Program-made: the position numbers and the translations under genes
Shown: positions 41,334 to 64,000 of the stretch, piece by piece
How positions within the stretch are numbered: position 1 is the first letter of the stretch
How the letters are laid out: every line of letters begins with the position of its first letter
NCBI RefSeq assembly: GCF_009914755.1
Contig: NC_060938.1
Source of the DNA: the human T2T-CHM13v2.0 reference genome, Homo sapiens
DNA length: 64,000 nt
Reading direction: 5' to 3' (one strand)
The notes under the pieces: generated by a model
What the model saw: only the letters and a program-made list of their open reading frames with translations
Databases searched by the model: none
Told to the model about the DNA's origin: nothing

Positions 41334-42910
41334 TGTGTCCAGAATTGGTGGGTTCTTGATCTCACTGACTTTAAGAATGAAGCACTAGGTCCTCACAGTT
41401 GACTGTTACAGTTCTTAAAATTGTTATGTCTGCAGTTTGTTCCTTCTGATGTTTGGACGTGTTTGGAGTTTGTTCCTTCTGGCAGACTCACGGTCTTGCT
41501 GGCTTCAGGAGTGGAGCTGCAGACCTTCACAAGGAGTGTTACAGCTCTTAAGGCAGTGTGTCTGGAGCTGTTCATTCCTCCCGGTGGGTTTGTGGCTTTG
41601 CTGGCCTCAGAAGTGAAGCTACACACCTTCCCAGTGAGTGTTACAGCTCATAAAAAGTGTGGACCCAAAGAGTGAAAGAGCAAAGCCCCAAACATGTGGC
41701 AGAACACCAACACGTTCCCACTGCCTGCTCGGGCGGCCTGCTTTTATTCCCTTATCTGGCCCCACCCATATCCTGCTGATTGGTCCATTTTACAGAGGGC
41801 TGGTCTGTTTTACAGAAAGCTGATTGGTCCGTCTTGACAGGGCGCTGATTGGTGTGTTTACAATCCCTGAGCTAGACACAGAAGTTCTCCAAGTCCCCAC
41901 AGAGCACTGATTGGTGCATTTACAAACCTTGAGCTAGATACAGGGTGCTGATTGGTGTCTTTACAAACCTTGAGCTAGACACAGAGTGCTGATTGGTGTA
42001 TTTACAGTCCCTTAGCTAGACATAAAGGTTCTCCAAGTCCCCACCAGATTAGCTAGATACAGAGTGCTGATTGGTACATTTACAAACCTTGAGCTAAACA
42101 CAGAGTGCTGACTGGTGCGTCCACAATCCCACAGCTAGACATAAAGGTTCTCCAAATCCCCACCAGATTAGCTGGATACAGAGTGCCCATGGGTGCATCT
42201 ACAAACCTTGAGCTAGACACAGGGTACCGATTGGTGAGTTTACAAACCTTGAGCTAAACACAGTGCTGATTGGTGTATTTACAATCCCTTAGCTTGACAT
42301 AAAGGTTCTCCAAGTCGCCGCTAGACTCAGGAGCCCAGCTGGCTTCACCTAGTGGATACCACACCGGGGCTGCAGGTGGAGCTGCCCGCCAGTCCCGCGC
42401 CGTGCGCCCGCACTCCTCAGCCCTTGGGCGGTCGATGGGACCGGGTGCCGCGGAGCAGGGGGCCGCGCAAGAGCCCACGGCAGGGGGGAGACTCAGGCAT
42501 GGCGGGCTGCAGGTCCTGAGCCCTGCCTCGCGGGGAGGCAGCTGAGGCCCGGTGAGAATTCGAGCGCAGCGCCGGCGGGCCGGCACTGGTGGGGGACCCG
42601 GCGCATCCTCCGCAGCTGCTGGCCCGGGTGCTAAGCTCCTCACTGCCTGGGGCCGGTGGCTCCGATTGCGGGGCCCGCCGAGCCCACGCCCACCCGGAAC
42701 TCACGCTGACCCGCAAGCGCCACGTGCAGCCCGGGTTCCCGCCCGCACCTCTCCCTCCACACCTCCCTGCAAGCTGAGGGAGCCGGCTCCGGCCGCGGCC
42801 AGCCCAGAGAGGGGCTCCCACAGTGCAGCGGCGGGCTGAAGGGCCCCTCGAGCGCGGCCAGAGTGGGCGCCGAGAGCGAGCGAGGGCTGCCAGCACGCTG
42901 TCATCTCTCA
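41334..42910 (-). mobile_element. Solo LTR12 (HERV9 LTR, LTR12C-like), 1577 bp
   Basis: On the - strand it starts TGAGAGATGACAGCGTGCTGGCAG and ends AATTCTGGACACA; perfect 4-bp TSD CAGG (41330-41333, 42911-42914); tandem ~41-bp CCAAT-box repeats. Confidence 0.95.
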
Positions 42911-43189
42911 CAGGGCGAAGCCCACGCCACAGGACGGGTCGGTTCTGTACCCGCCGGGGCAGGGGAGAGCCGCCTCTGGTGAGCAGAACCCCGGAGAAGG
43001 GACGACGCGGGTGCACCTCGCGGCATGGGGACACCAAGTCAGACGAACCCGCTGTGCAAGAACATTTTCCACACAGCGGCGCATACCCCCGCCCGGGGGC
43101 GCTCGGCAGCCGCACGCGGCCCTCAGAGCGCAGCCCCCACACGCCTTTACTTCTGGAAGGCGGAGACCGCCACAGTGAGGAGCTAAGCC

Positions 43190-43393
43190 AGCTGAGGCAA
43201 CACAGAAAAACCCCCGTTCCTACCCAAAACCAAAAAGCGGGGCGCGGAGGCGCGCGCCTGCGGTCCCAGCTACCGGGGAGGCCGAGAAGGGAGGATCGCC
43301 TGAGCCCGGGAGGCGCAAGCTACAGTGAGCCGAGACTGCCACTGCACTCAGTCTGGGTGACAGAGCGAGACCCTGTCTCTAAAGGGGAAAAAA
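43190..43393 (+). mobile_element. Partial Alu (right arm, AluJ-like), CpG-retaining
   Basis: GCGCGCCTGCGGTCCCAGCTACCGGGGAGGCCGAG...GAGCGAGACCCTGTCTC. Confidence 0.8.
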
Positions 43394-44087
43394 GAGCTAG
43401 GAAGAAGCGGGCTGCCTCTTAACTTCGGAGAAGTAAATGAGGAACTATAACCAGTGTCTACCGTTTAGGAACCAAACAAAAGCTGACAGGAATCCCGCCA
43501 CCGACCCAGCCGCCCCAGACTTTGCCCTGGCCTATCCCGCGCCGCTCCTCAAACTAGACCCGCCCCGACGTCGCCCTGGCCTATCCCACGCCGATCCTCA
43601 AACGAGGCCCGCCCCCGATGCACAAGCTCCGCCCTCGTTGCACCGTCCTGACCCTCGGCCTCGCCCCCGCCCCCTGGCTCTTCCCGCGCAGCCGAATGCC
43701 GCGACCTGGCTCCCACCCTTCGTCGCTTCGCGCCGCATAGGAACCCCGCCCCTAGTCTCTCCTCCCGCCTATCCTGAGCGGCGCGCGCACAAATCTCTCC
43801 CACGGACCCGCCCACCCTGATCCTCAACCTGGCCCCTGGCCTTTCCCGCGGCGTCGAGTCCAGTACACCGACGCACGAGTCCCACCCCCGATCTCTCCCT
43901 CGGCCTATCCCGCGCCGCTCCGCGCAGGAGTCCCGCCTCCCACTTCGCCCGCAGCCTATGACGCGCCGCGTCGCTCCCTCTCCTCAAACCCGCTCTCGCC
44001 CGCGGATGGGCGCGCAGCTGTGACGTCACGGCGTCGTTGGTAAGGGGCTGGCGGCCGGGGAGCTGCGTAGCTCCCGGCCCCGCGGCC

Positions 44088-50371
<6,284 letters not shown>

Positions 50372-50518
50372 GGCTGGCTCAAGCCGGCTGCCTTCACCGG
50401 GAGCCACGCCGTGCATGGCAGCCTTCCCTGGACGAGCGCTCGGTGTTCACACTGAACTGTGGGGTCGACGGGAGGGGTGCCTTTTACATGTTCTATTTTG
50501 TATCCTAATGACAGAATG

Positions 50519-50524
50519 AATAAA
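50519..50524 (+). terminator. SIVA1: SIVA1 polyadenylation signal
   Basis: AATAAA about 150 nt after the stop. Confidence 0.85.
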
Positions 50525-52760
50525 CCTCTTTATATTTGCACAAGAGGACTCTTGTCTGTCAGCACTTCTGAGGGTGGAGTTTGTGACCCTCCACCTGGGA
50601 GGGCCAAAGGAGCAGTCAGTGGGCGGGGCCTGCTGCACCTGCTGTCTACCCGCCAGCTCCTAGAGACCCCACTGTGCATTGTGTGAGGCCCCTTACTCGC
50701 CCCCTGCTACAGGTGGGAAGGCTCAGCCCAGAGCACGCTCCTCCCCAGCTCGCCCAGCTGGTAAATGGGGAGAAAGGACCCAGGTCTGGCTCCAGGGTAC
50801 ACAACCAGTGTACTAGACCTTCACGGAGAGAGGTGATACTCGCGCCCCATCCCCAGACGCCACTGTCATGCACGCCTGATCCATCACATCTTGGTGTCCA
50901 CTTTACTTTTTTGGTGCCTGTATGGTCAGGCCCCGTGTGATTGATAGGCCCCTGCCCTCCAGGAGCTTTGCTCTAGCAGGGGAGATGGGCCCAGCTGTGC
51001 TCCCTCTGGAGTCGGTGTAGCTTGTGTGGGGCCTTGAAGGAAGAGGAGTTGACAGGAGAGGAGGCGGGGTGGCCTGGAGGACAGAAGAGGGCAGGCTGCT
51101 TGAGTGCTGGTCCCCACACAAGTCGACTGAGGCGGGTCCCAGCCCCTCCAGGGATGAGTGAGCAGTTGAGCCACAGCCCCTCTGAGAAGCTCTGGACTAG
51201 AGTAAAGGTTGTTTGGGGCAGAGGGTGGGTGGGAGCATGTGCTGGGGACAGTTGAGAAGAGCCTTTGCTGTTCCTGGGAAGCTGTTAGAAGAGCAAATTA
51301 TGCTGATTCTTAGAGAAAAGTCAGTGGTGCCCAAGTGGTGGGTTGGAGCCAGGCCCAGAGTGGGATTTGCTGCCCTGGGGCCGAGGATATACCACTCCCG
51401 TGTCACGGGTAGAGGGGGCGCTCAGAGAGGTGGTCAGCATGGTAAAATTCCAGGGGGCAACTTAGAAGGGGATTGCAGAGGACTGGCTGGGGGCTTCCTG
51501 CAATGAGGACGGCCTTGACCGCCTGCTGCGAGCATCGGGAGCAAGTGGCCACGGTCAGCCACGTGCTGACTCCTTCCAGGTTTCCACAACAGACTGCCAC
51601 CCAAGCCCTCATTTCTGTTACTCCTGTCGCTGCCCCCTCGGGCCTGTCGGCTCTTCCCTTCACATCCTCTGGCCACATCCCTGCCCCACAGGACCACACT
51701 ACTCCAGCCAGCCTGCCTCCTTCCCCTATAGGGTCACTACATAGCGCCTTCCAGGCTCCCTGCTTCTGCCCTGCACCTGGCAGTCTGTCCTTATACAGCA
51801 GCCAGATCTGTCACTCCCCTGTCCCAACACTCCAGTGGCTAAACATGTCCTTAAAAGTAAAAGTCTGTGGCCCCACAGCCTCTGGCTTCACCCCTCCTCC
51901 CCTATCCCAAGGCTTGCTCTGCCCCAGCCAGGCCTTCCTGCTGTTCTGAGAATGCTCAGCATGTTTCCCCTGCACCCCCCTCGCTCCTTCTGCCTGGGGA
52001 GCTCTTCCTCTGGACATCCATAGGGCTCCCCCGGATTCAGCTCAGAGAAGCATCCCAGTGCCCTAATGTGTAGGACAACCCCTCCATCACGCTCCCTCTC
52101 GCCCTACCTAACTTTACCACTGGACGTAATGCATATTTAAGTAAATATGCAAATGTACTTATTCTAACTCTACTAACTGAGGTGTCGCTTCCGTGAGGGG
52201 TGGGACTTTGCCTAGAGCAGTACCTGGCATATATGTTTGCAGTAAATATTGTTGGTCTTCCAGCTGTGGTGGAGCAACAAAAACTGGCCCATAGATGACT
52301 ATATAGAGAGAGAGACATCGGACAGCAGCCATTGCAGGATAGTAACGCCTGAGAGAGGGAACAAACACCAAGAGCCCAGGGCAGCTGCAACACTGGAGTA
52401 GAAATTGCCTCAGTGTTCCCCTAAGGCTCCTGCTGAGGACTGATGGCTCCTGTGTGTGAGGAAACTGCCTGAGGCTGGGGAAAGAGCCATTGGAAGAAAG
52501 CGGGAAGCAAGTCACATTCCCAGCACTAAGTGTGGGGAAACATCATTCATGGAGAACAGGGTAGAGGACTCAAAAGGATATTGATGCCATATTCAGGCTA
52601 GATTAGCCCTAGACTAGAGACTGCTCTGTGCCTTCCTAACACCTTTAAGTCAAGCCTCAAAAAGACCAAACGGTTGCAAGTGCTTTAATAGCATCCAGAA
52701 CAAAACTCAAAAGTAAGGGGGAAAACATATTTATTTACTTATTTTTTTTAGAACAAACGA

Positions 52761-53061
52761 GGCCGGGTGTCAGAGGCTCACGCCTGTAATCCAAGCACTG
52801 TGGGAGGTCAAGGCGGGTGGATCACTTGAGGCTAGGAGTTTGAGAACAGCCTGGCCAACATGGTGAAACCCCGTCTCTAAAAATACAAAAATAAGCCAGG
52901 CACGGTGGCATGTGCCTGTAATCCCAGCTACTCGGAAGGCCGAGGCAGGAGAATCACTTGAACCCAGGAGGTGGAGGTAAGTAAGCCAAGATCTCAATCT
53001 CACCACTGCACTCTAGCCTGGGCGACAGAGTGAGACTCCGTCTCAAAAAAAGAAAAAAAAC
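52761..53061 (+). mobile_element. Alu
   Basis: GGCCGGGTG...polyA. Confidence 0.93.
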
Positions 53062-53170
53062 AATCAAACATGCAAAGAAGCAGGAACTATACCACACAAT
53101 GAGAAGAAAAGTTAGTCTGTAGAAACAGACCCAGAAATGACACAAGGTGGTAGAATAATTCCGTCTACTA

Positions 53171-53926
<756 letters not shown>

Positions 53927-54102
53927 TTACATGAAGCACATCATCATGAAATTCCTCCAAACCAGTGACAAATAAAAAAAAGCAGCCAGAGAAAAAAGAC
54001 ACTTTGTGTTTACAGGAACAAAGAATGGCAGCAAGACTTCTCACTAGAAACTGCAAGCAGACAGTGAACAACACCTGTGGGTTGGGCAAAGAACTTGAAT
54101 AA

Positions 54103-54396
<294 letters not shown>

Positions 54397-54768
54397 TTGA
54401 ATAAACATTTATCCAAATTTAGTTTTGAAAGAAAAGAATGTCAACCTGGAATTCTATACCCAGTGAAAATATCTTTCAAAAGTGAAGGTGAAATAAAGAC
54501 TTTTCAGACATACAAAGCTGGAAGATTTACAAAAATTGTCAAAAGAAGTTTTTCTGGCAGAAGGAAAATGACACCAGATGGAAACTGCTTGTACACAAAG
54601 ATATGACGAGCACCTGAAATGGTCACTGTTTGGGAGGACACAAAAGGCAGGGTTTTTTCTGATTTTTAAAAGTGCCTGTTGTCCCAGCTACTCAGGAGAT
54701 TAAGCTGGGAGAATCACTTGATAGGGGTTCAAAGCCAGCCTGGGCAACATGGCAAGACCCTGTCTTTA

Positions 54769-55075
54769 TTTTATTTTATTTATTATTTTTTTTTTTGACA
54801 GTGTCTTGCTCTGTCACCCAGGTTGGAGTGCAGTGGCCTGATCTCGGCTCACTGCAAGCTCTGCCTCCCGGGTTCATGCCATTCTCCTGCCTCAGCCTCC
54901 TGAGTAGCTGGGACTACAGGTGCCCGCCACCACGCTCGGTGAATTTTTTGTATTTTTAGTAGAGACGAGGTTTCACCGTGTTAGCCAGGATGGTCTCAAT
55001 CTCCTGACCTCGTGATCTGCCCACCTCGGCCTCCCAAAGTGCTGGGATTACAGGCATGAGCCACTGCGCCCAGCT
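54769..55075 (-). mobile_element. AluY-like element inserted into an older Alu fragment
   Basis: AluY-type positions (GCAAGCTC, GCCATTCTCC, GTTAGCCAGGATGG); 13-bp TSD GACCCTGTCTTTA at 54756-54768 and 55076-55088. Confidence 0.92.
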
Positions 55076-55088
55076 GACCCTGTCTTTA

Positions 55089-55730
<642 letters not shown>

Positions 55731-55743
55731 TTAATTGTCTATA

Positions 55744-56215
<472 letters not shown>

Positions 56216-56410
56216 TACATAAAGAACTCCTAACACGCAGCAATTAAAAAAAAAATCCAAAAATGGGCAAAGGACTTGAGTAAACATTTGTCCAAAGAAT
56301 ATATAAAAACAGCACACACATGAAAAGATGCTCAACATCACTGATTATCAGGGAAATGCAAATCAAAACCACAATGAGATACCACCTCACACCCATCAAG
56401 ATAGCTACTA

Positions 56411-56660
<250 letters not shown>

Positions 56661-57710
56661 TGAAAGGAAAATTAAAACTGAACACAGAATTACTGTTTGA
56701 TCCAGCAATTCCACTTCTGGGTACAGACACAAAATAATTGACAGCAGGGACGTGAACAGGTATTTGTACACAAGTTTGTAGCAGCATTATCCCCAGTAGC
56801 CAAAAGATGGAAACAACCCAAATGTTCATCACAGGACAAATGAATAAACAAAATGTGGTCTATACATGCAATAAAATAGTATTCAGCCTTAAAAAGAAAT
56901 AAAATTCTGACATGCTACAACACAAATGAACCTTAAAGATACTATGACTGAGTGAAATAAGCCAGACACAAAAAGACAAACACTGCATGATCTCACGTAT
57001 ATGAAATCCCCAGAGGGCTGGGGAGCTACATTCATTCATTTATTCAAAATATATTTATTCTAAATGCAACACAGTATCCTGGATTGTATGTGTATACTGG
57101 AATAGAAAAAGAACATCAGTGGGAAAACTGGTAAAATCCAAAAAATAAGCCAATAAAGGAGATAAAATGAGACAATCGGCAATACTTATTTAATACAAAA
57201 AAAGGAAAGGAAAGGAGGAACAAAGAACAAATGGAATGTATAGAAAAAGAGCAAGATAGTACATTTAAGCTCAACCATATCAATAGTTGCATTAAATGTA
57301 AATGGTCTAGACACCTTAATTAATGGGCAATGATTGTTAGACTTTTTTTTTTAAATAACAACAAAAACCCTACATGCTGTCAGCCCCTTCTGTAGCTCTT
57401 TCCCAGACTTGCTAGAAGCAAAAGGATGAAATAATTATCTGTTGTATGATAAAGTCAGCCTTTGAACAGACATTCACTGGAAGTGACATCTTCTGGGAAG
57501 GCAGGCCTAGCCCTTATCCTGACATGCCCCAGTAGCACTCTCAGCTCCTGGGACCTCGTCTACAACATTGAGGCCCCCAGACCCAGAGACCTGCAGAGCC
57601 TTCAGTTACCCACACCTGCTGAAACATGGGAGGTCTAAGTGCTCAAGTCACTTTTATTATCTTCCTCCCTTCCAGGCCGGCCTTGTGCTGGAAAGAGCAT
57701 GATGTGGGCA

Positions 57711-58310
57711 TGTGAGAAACAAACTCACCCATCCACACCCGAAGAATGGACTCAGAGACCTCAGAGACCGGAGAACAGCAAAAGTGAGACTTTTAATGAT
57801 AGTCTTGCAAGATTGGGTGCCTGATGAGCTGGCACACCCAGCACAGTTTCAACAAGCAATTTATCCCCTAGTGTGCAGGTCCCTCCCCCGGTTCTTCATA
57901 GGCTGAGTACTATGGGGTCACAACCTTCCTGGACGTCACCTATTGGTTGTTGGGCAGGGGCTTTAGGTGTTTTCTTTAGAGTTGTCTTGCTGCATTCTGT
58001 TGCAGCCCACAATGCATTGCAATCCTAGTTAGCTCAGGGGCTCTTCAAATATTTGACTTCTGACCTAAGTAGCTGGGCAGGCTGATACGAACAGACAAAG
58101 CGAGCTATTTTGGAGGCTAGTAAACTTTCATTTTAGACTAAACTTTGGTTCAGGTGAGGGAAACTAAGGGACGGGGGCTGGCGGTGACAAACAGGCGTTG
58201 GCTATCCAAGCAGGGGCCTAGTATATCCTGTTGCTTCCGTAGTTTGCTGACCTAAGCTGATTTTAGGCACTTTGTCTTGGAAATGGACACTTTATGCATT
58301 GTTTCCTTCG
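57711..58310 (-). mobile_element. Probable solo ERV LTR (~600 bp), subfamily unassigned
   Basis: Begins TG, near-matching 5-bp flanks GGGCA/GGGTA, reversed poly(A)-like TTTAAT and CCAAT motifs; LTR-like from memory. Confidence 0.6.
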
Positions 58311-58763
58311 GGGTACCTCTGACACAGGAAGGAGAGCTTCCTCTTGGTTGGCGTATTCCTGTTACAACCTCTCCAGACAGCCCTCGCTGTTCGGCAGGCC
58401 CTGTTGGGGCTGCAGGATCCTGGCCCTCTCCACCCGCTCTGGCCTCGCTGGCCAGGACTGGACTGCCCCTTGCAAGGGCACCTGCACCTCCTGGAGTTTC
58501 CTCTCTGAGATGTGCATCTCCTTGCACATCTCACCCCTCACTGACACCCTCCACCCCACTCCTGGGATGCTGCCTCCTGCTGTAGATGGTTCTGTCTGGG
58601 GCTGCTAGGAGGGTCGGGAAATTCTCAGAGGGTCTCCATTTCTGCGTTCATTTTGTTAGGTCCTCAGCCACTTGTAACGGGGACATAACACAGGGTCATG
58701 TCTGTATTAATGCCAATGACGTTGAAGCCTCTCTCTCTCTGGACTATAGAACTATCCCTAAGA

Positions 58764-58892
58764 GGCCAGGTGTGGTGGCTCACACCTTATAATCCCAACG
58801 TTTTGGGAGGACAAGGCAGGAGGATCACTTGAGGCCCGGAGTTCAAGACCGGCCTGAACAACATAGCGAGACCCTATCTCTACCATAAAAAA
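58764..58892 (+). mobile_element. Alu monomer (FLAM-like)
   Basis: Left arm only. Confidence 0.8.
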
Positions 58893-60248
58893 GGTAAGAA
58901 ATGGCCCTAAGGCAATCCTATATTGTCAGAGGGGGCCGTGCTGGGAGAAGCAGCCCATGCTTCTCAGCCGGGCTGTCTGGGAGATGCTGCGTCTGCCTGA
59001 CCATTTCCATACCTTGGTTACTTTCAGCAATGCTTTGCTCAAAGTTTGTGGATATTGGAAGGGCATTGCTGTATTTTTTGGTTTCTAAGAGTCACATTAT
59101 TGATAGATCTGAAATCCAGATGCCTCTCACCCTCGGAACATCATTTACTGTGTCATGTTTCGTGTATTTCCCGAAAAGCGGTATCAGTTTTGCGGCCTGT
59201 TAGAACTGAAGCAATAAGGGATCACCCAGAGGAGAGCTTCGGGCTGCTCCAGATGTGGCTGTTCTTGGCTCCCACAGACCCAGAACATCCTCGCCAGCCT
59301 GTGCTCCCTATGGGGCACCCCCTCCAGTGGAAGTGAGGGCAGCCACGCACCCCTGGGAATGCCTTAGAGAGGGGCCAATTGCCATCGCCAGGGGCCTGAC
59401 TCTGCAACCATCCACACCTACGGGGAGTCCATTTGAGAGATGAGGAAGCTGAAGCTCCAGGCCCCTGGCTCGTGCTGGTCACCCAACCACCCGGAACCTG
59501 GTCGCCAACCCGCTGTCAGTTGCTCGGCAGTGGACTCCTCTCCTGGCTCAGGGCGCGGTTCCGGCAGGCGTCCACCAGGTGGCAGCACCGGCACATTCTG
59601 CAGGCTGTTCCGGCTCAGAGCTCGATGTAGTGCTCTGGGGTAACCTGGGCCCCAGCCTGTCCCCTCCCGCCCCCTGCAGCCCCTCCTCCCACCGCCTGCA
59701 GCCCCTCCTCCCGCTCTGTCCAGCTTCGAACAGGCCACTCAGGCCTCCCAGCCTTACTTCCACCGTGGCCCAGGCCATGACCTTGGCCCCAACTCTGGGC
59801 CCTGCCCTATCTGTCCTTCCTGGTGGTCTGTCTCATTCACTGCCCTACCCAGGGGAACAGCACCTGGGGCTGGGGGGCAGATGGCCACGTGGTCCAATGG
59901 TCTCCTTCATGGCTGGGGTGAAGCTGGGTGGGGTCAAGGGAAGAAGAGGTGGATCCCAACGGGGGCAGGGCCAGCCAGGGCCTCCCATCTCCCCTCAGGC
60001 CAGGCCTCTGGAGATGGGGGTGGAACACCTTCCATGGGAGGCTGCCCCTGGGAACAGGCCTGTATACTCCCGCCTCGGCCCACCACACAGCCTGTCCCCA
60101 AACCTGTTGGGGTGGCGGTGCCCACCAGGAGGAGCTGGGGAGGACCAGCTGCTCTGAGGATGCTGCTTCCCTCCCAGGACTCCCCACTCCCTCCCTGGCC
60201 ACCCACTCTTCCACCCAGCAAAGTGAGCCAAAAATTTGAAAAGCAACT

Positions 60249-60254
60249 TTTATT
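60249..60254 (-). terminator. AKT1: AKT1 polyadenylation signal
   Basis: TTTATT (AATAAA on the - strand) about 975 nt past the stop. Confidence 0.85.
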
Positions 60255-61226
60255 GAAGAATTTGGAGGGAAGGTTCCATATTATATTATAATAGTAAAAA
60301 TACTAAAGTTGAATGTTGTAAAAAAACGCCGTGGTGCAGCGGCAGCGGCAGCGTCTGGCCAGGAGGCGTGGAGGGGCCCAGGGATGGCCACCCCCACAGG
60401 GAGTCAGGGAGGGCCTGGGGCGACAGCGGAAAGGTTAAGCGTCGAAAAGGTCAAGTGCTACCGTGGAGAGATCATCTGAGGGGGAGGCTCCCGGTGGGAC
60501 AGTCACCAAGAACTGTGACACAGAAGGGGAAGGGGGAGGGCTTTCCTGTCACAAAGATTAAAAACCCCCAAAATGCATTTGAACAACATAATACACAATA
60601 ACAAATTTAAACCTTGCTCCTCTGTCCCACTGGGTAAACCCTGGCCCATCCCCCATCCCTGGTCCCATCCCAGGGGCCCAGCCTCCGATGACGTCCTCAG
60701 AGACACGGCCTTAGTGCTGGGGGGCTGCTGTGTGCCTGCCACCCCCAGGAGAGGGTGCTGGCCAGCATACCATAGTGAGGTTGCATCTGGTGCCACCAGG
60801 TTGAACTGAGGCCCAGGGCCCCAGAGAGATGACAGATAGCTGGTGACAGACAGCCCAGGGCGGCTGGCTGACAGAGTGAGGGGACACATGGGCAGGACCT
60901 GCCCGGCCCCCCAATGCCACATTGCGCATAGCTGCAGAAGTCCTTAACATTTCCCTACGTGAATCGGATTGTTCTGAGGGCTGAGGCCACACCCGGAGAA
61001 CAAACTGGATGAAATAAATTAAAACCCGCAGGATAGTTTTCTTCCCTACCCCGCTGCGGGGGAGGGTGCTGCCCACAGCACAAAAACGTCTTTCCATCTG
61101 GGCTCGAGAGGACAGCGTGGCTTCTCTCAAATGCACCCGAGAAATAAAAACCATTAAATACAGATCATGGCACGAGGCCGCCTCTCCATCCCTCCAAGCT
61201 ATCGTCCAGCGCAGTCCACCGCCGCC

Positions 61227-63999
<2,773 letters not shown>

Positions 64000-64000
64000 A

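Overview
Human genomic DNA, GC-rich, recognisable as chromosome 14q32.33. In order it holds the 3' half of INF2 (+; last 13 exons, including the alternative CAAX exon), complete ADSS1/ADSSL1 (+; 13 exons plus an alternative first exon), complete SIVA1 (+; 4 exons) and the last four coding exons and 3' UTR of AKT1 (-). Exon boundaries were placed by hand from GT/AG signals and reading-frame continuity. Exon numbers, repeat subfamilies and isoform identities come from memory and were not checked against a database. Between the genes lie Alus, old L1s, a solo LTR12, DNA-transposon relics and several CpG-rich minisatellites. I see no evidence of a new multi-gene system, and most ORF-track entries are GC-content or repeat artefacts. 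The most interesting signals are: (1) the alternative first exon of ADSS1 appears assembled from repeats, with its ATG a variant of a 26-bp VNTR unit and its splice donor at the first bases of an Alu, and it replaces the catalytic P-loop; VNTR copy number could switch an upstream ATG in or out of frame. (2) A 35-bp CpG-rich VNTR arose from an L1 segment between INF2 and the ADSS1 enhancer. (3) An intact LTR12 promoter points antisense towards ADSS1, with a palindromic two-way poly(A) signal in between.
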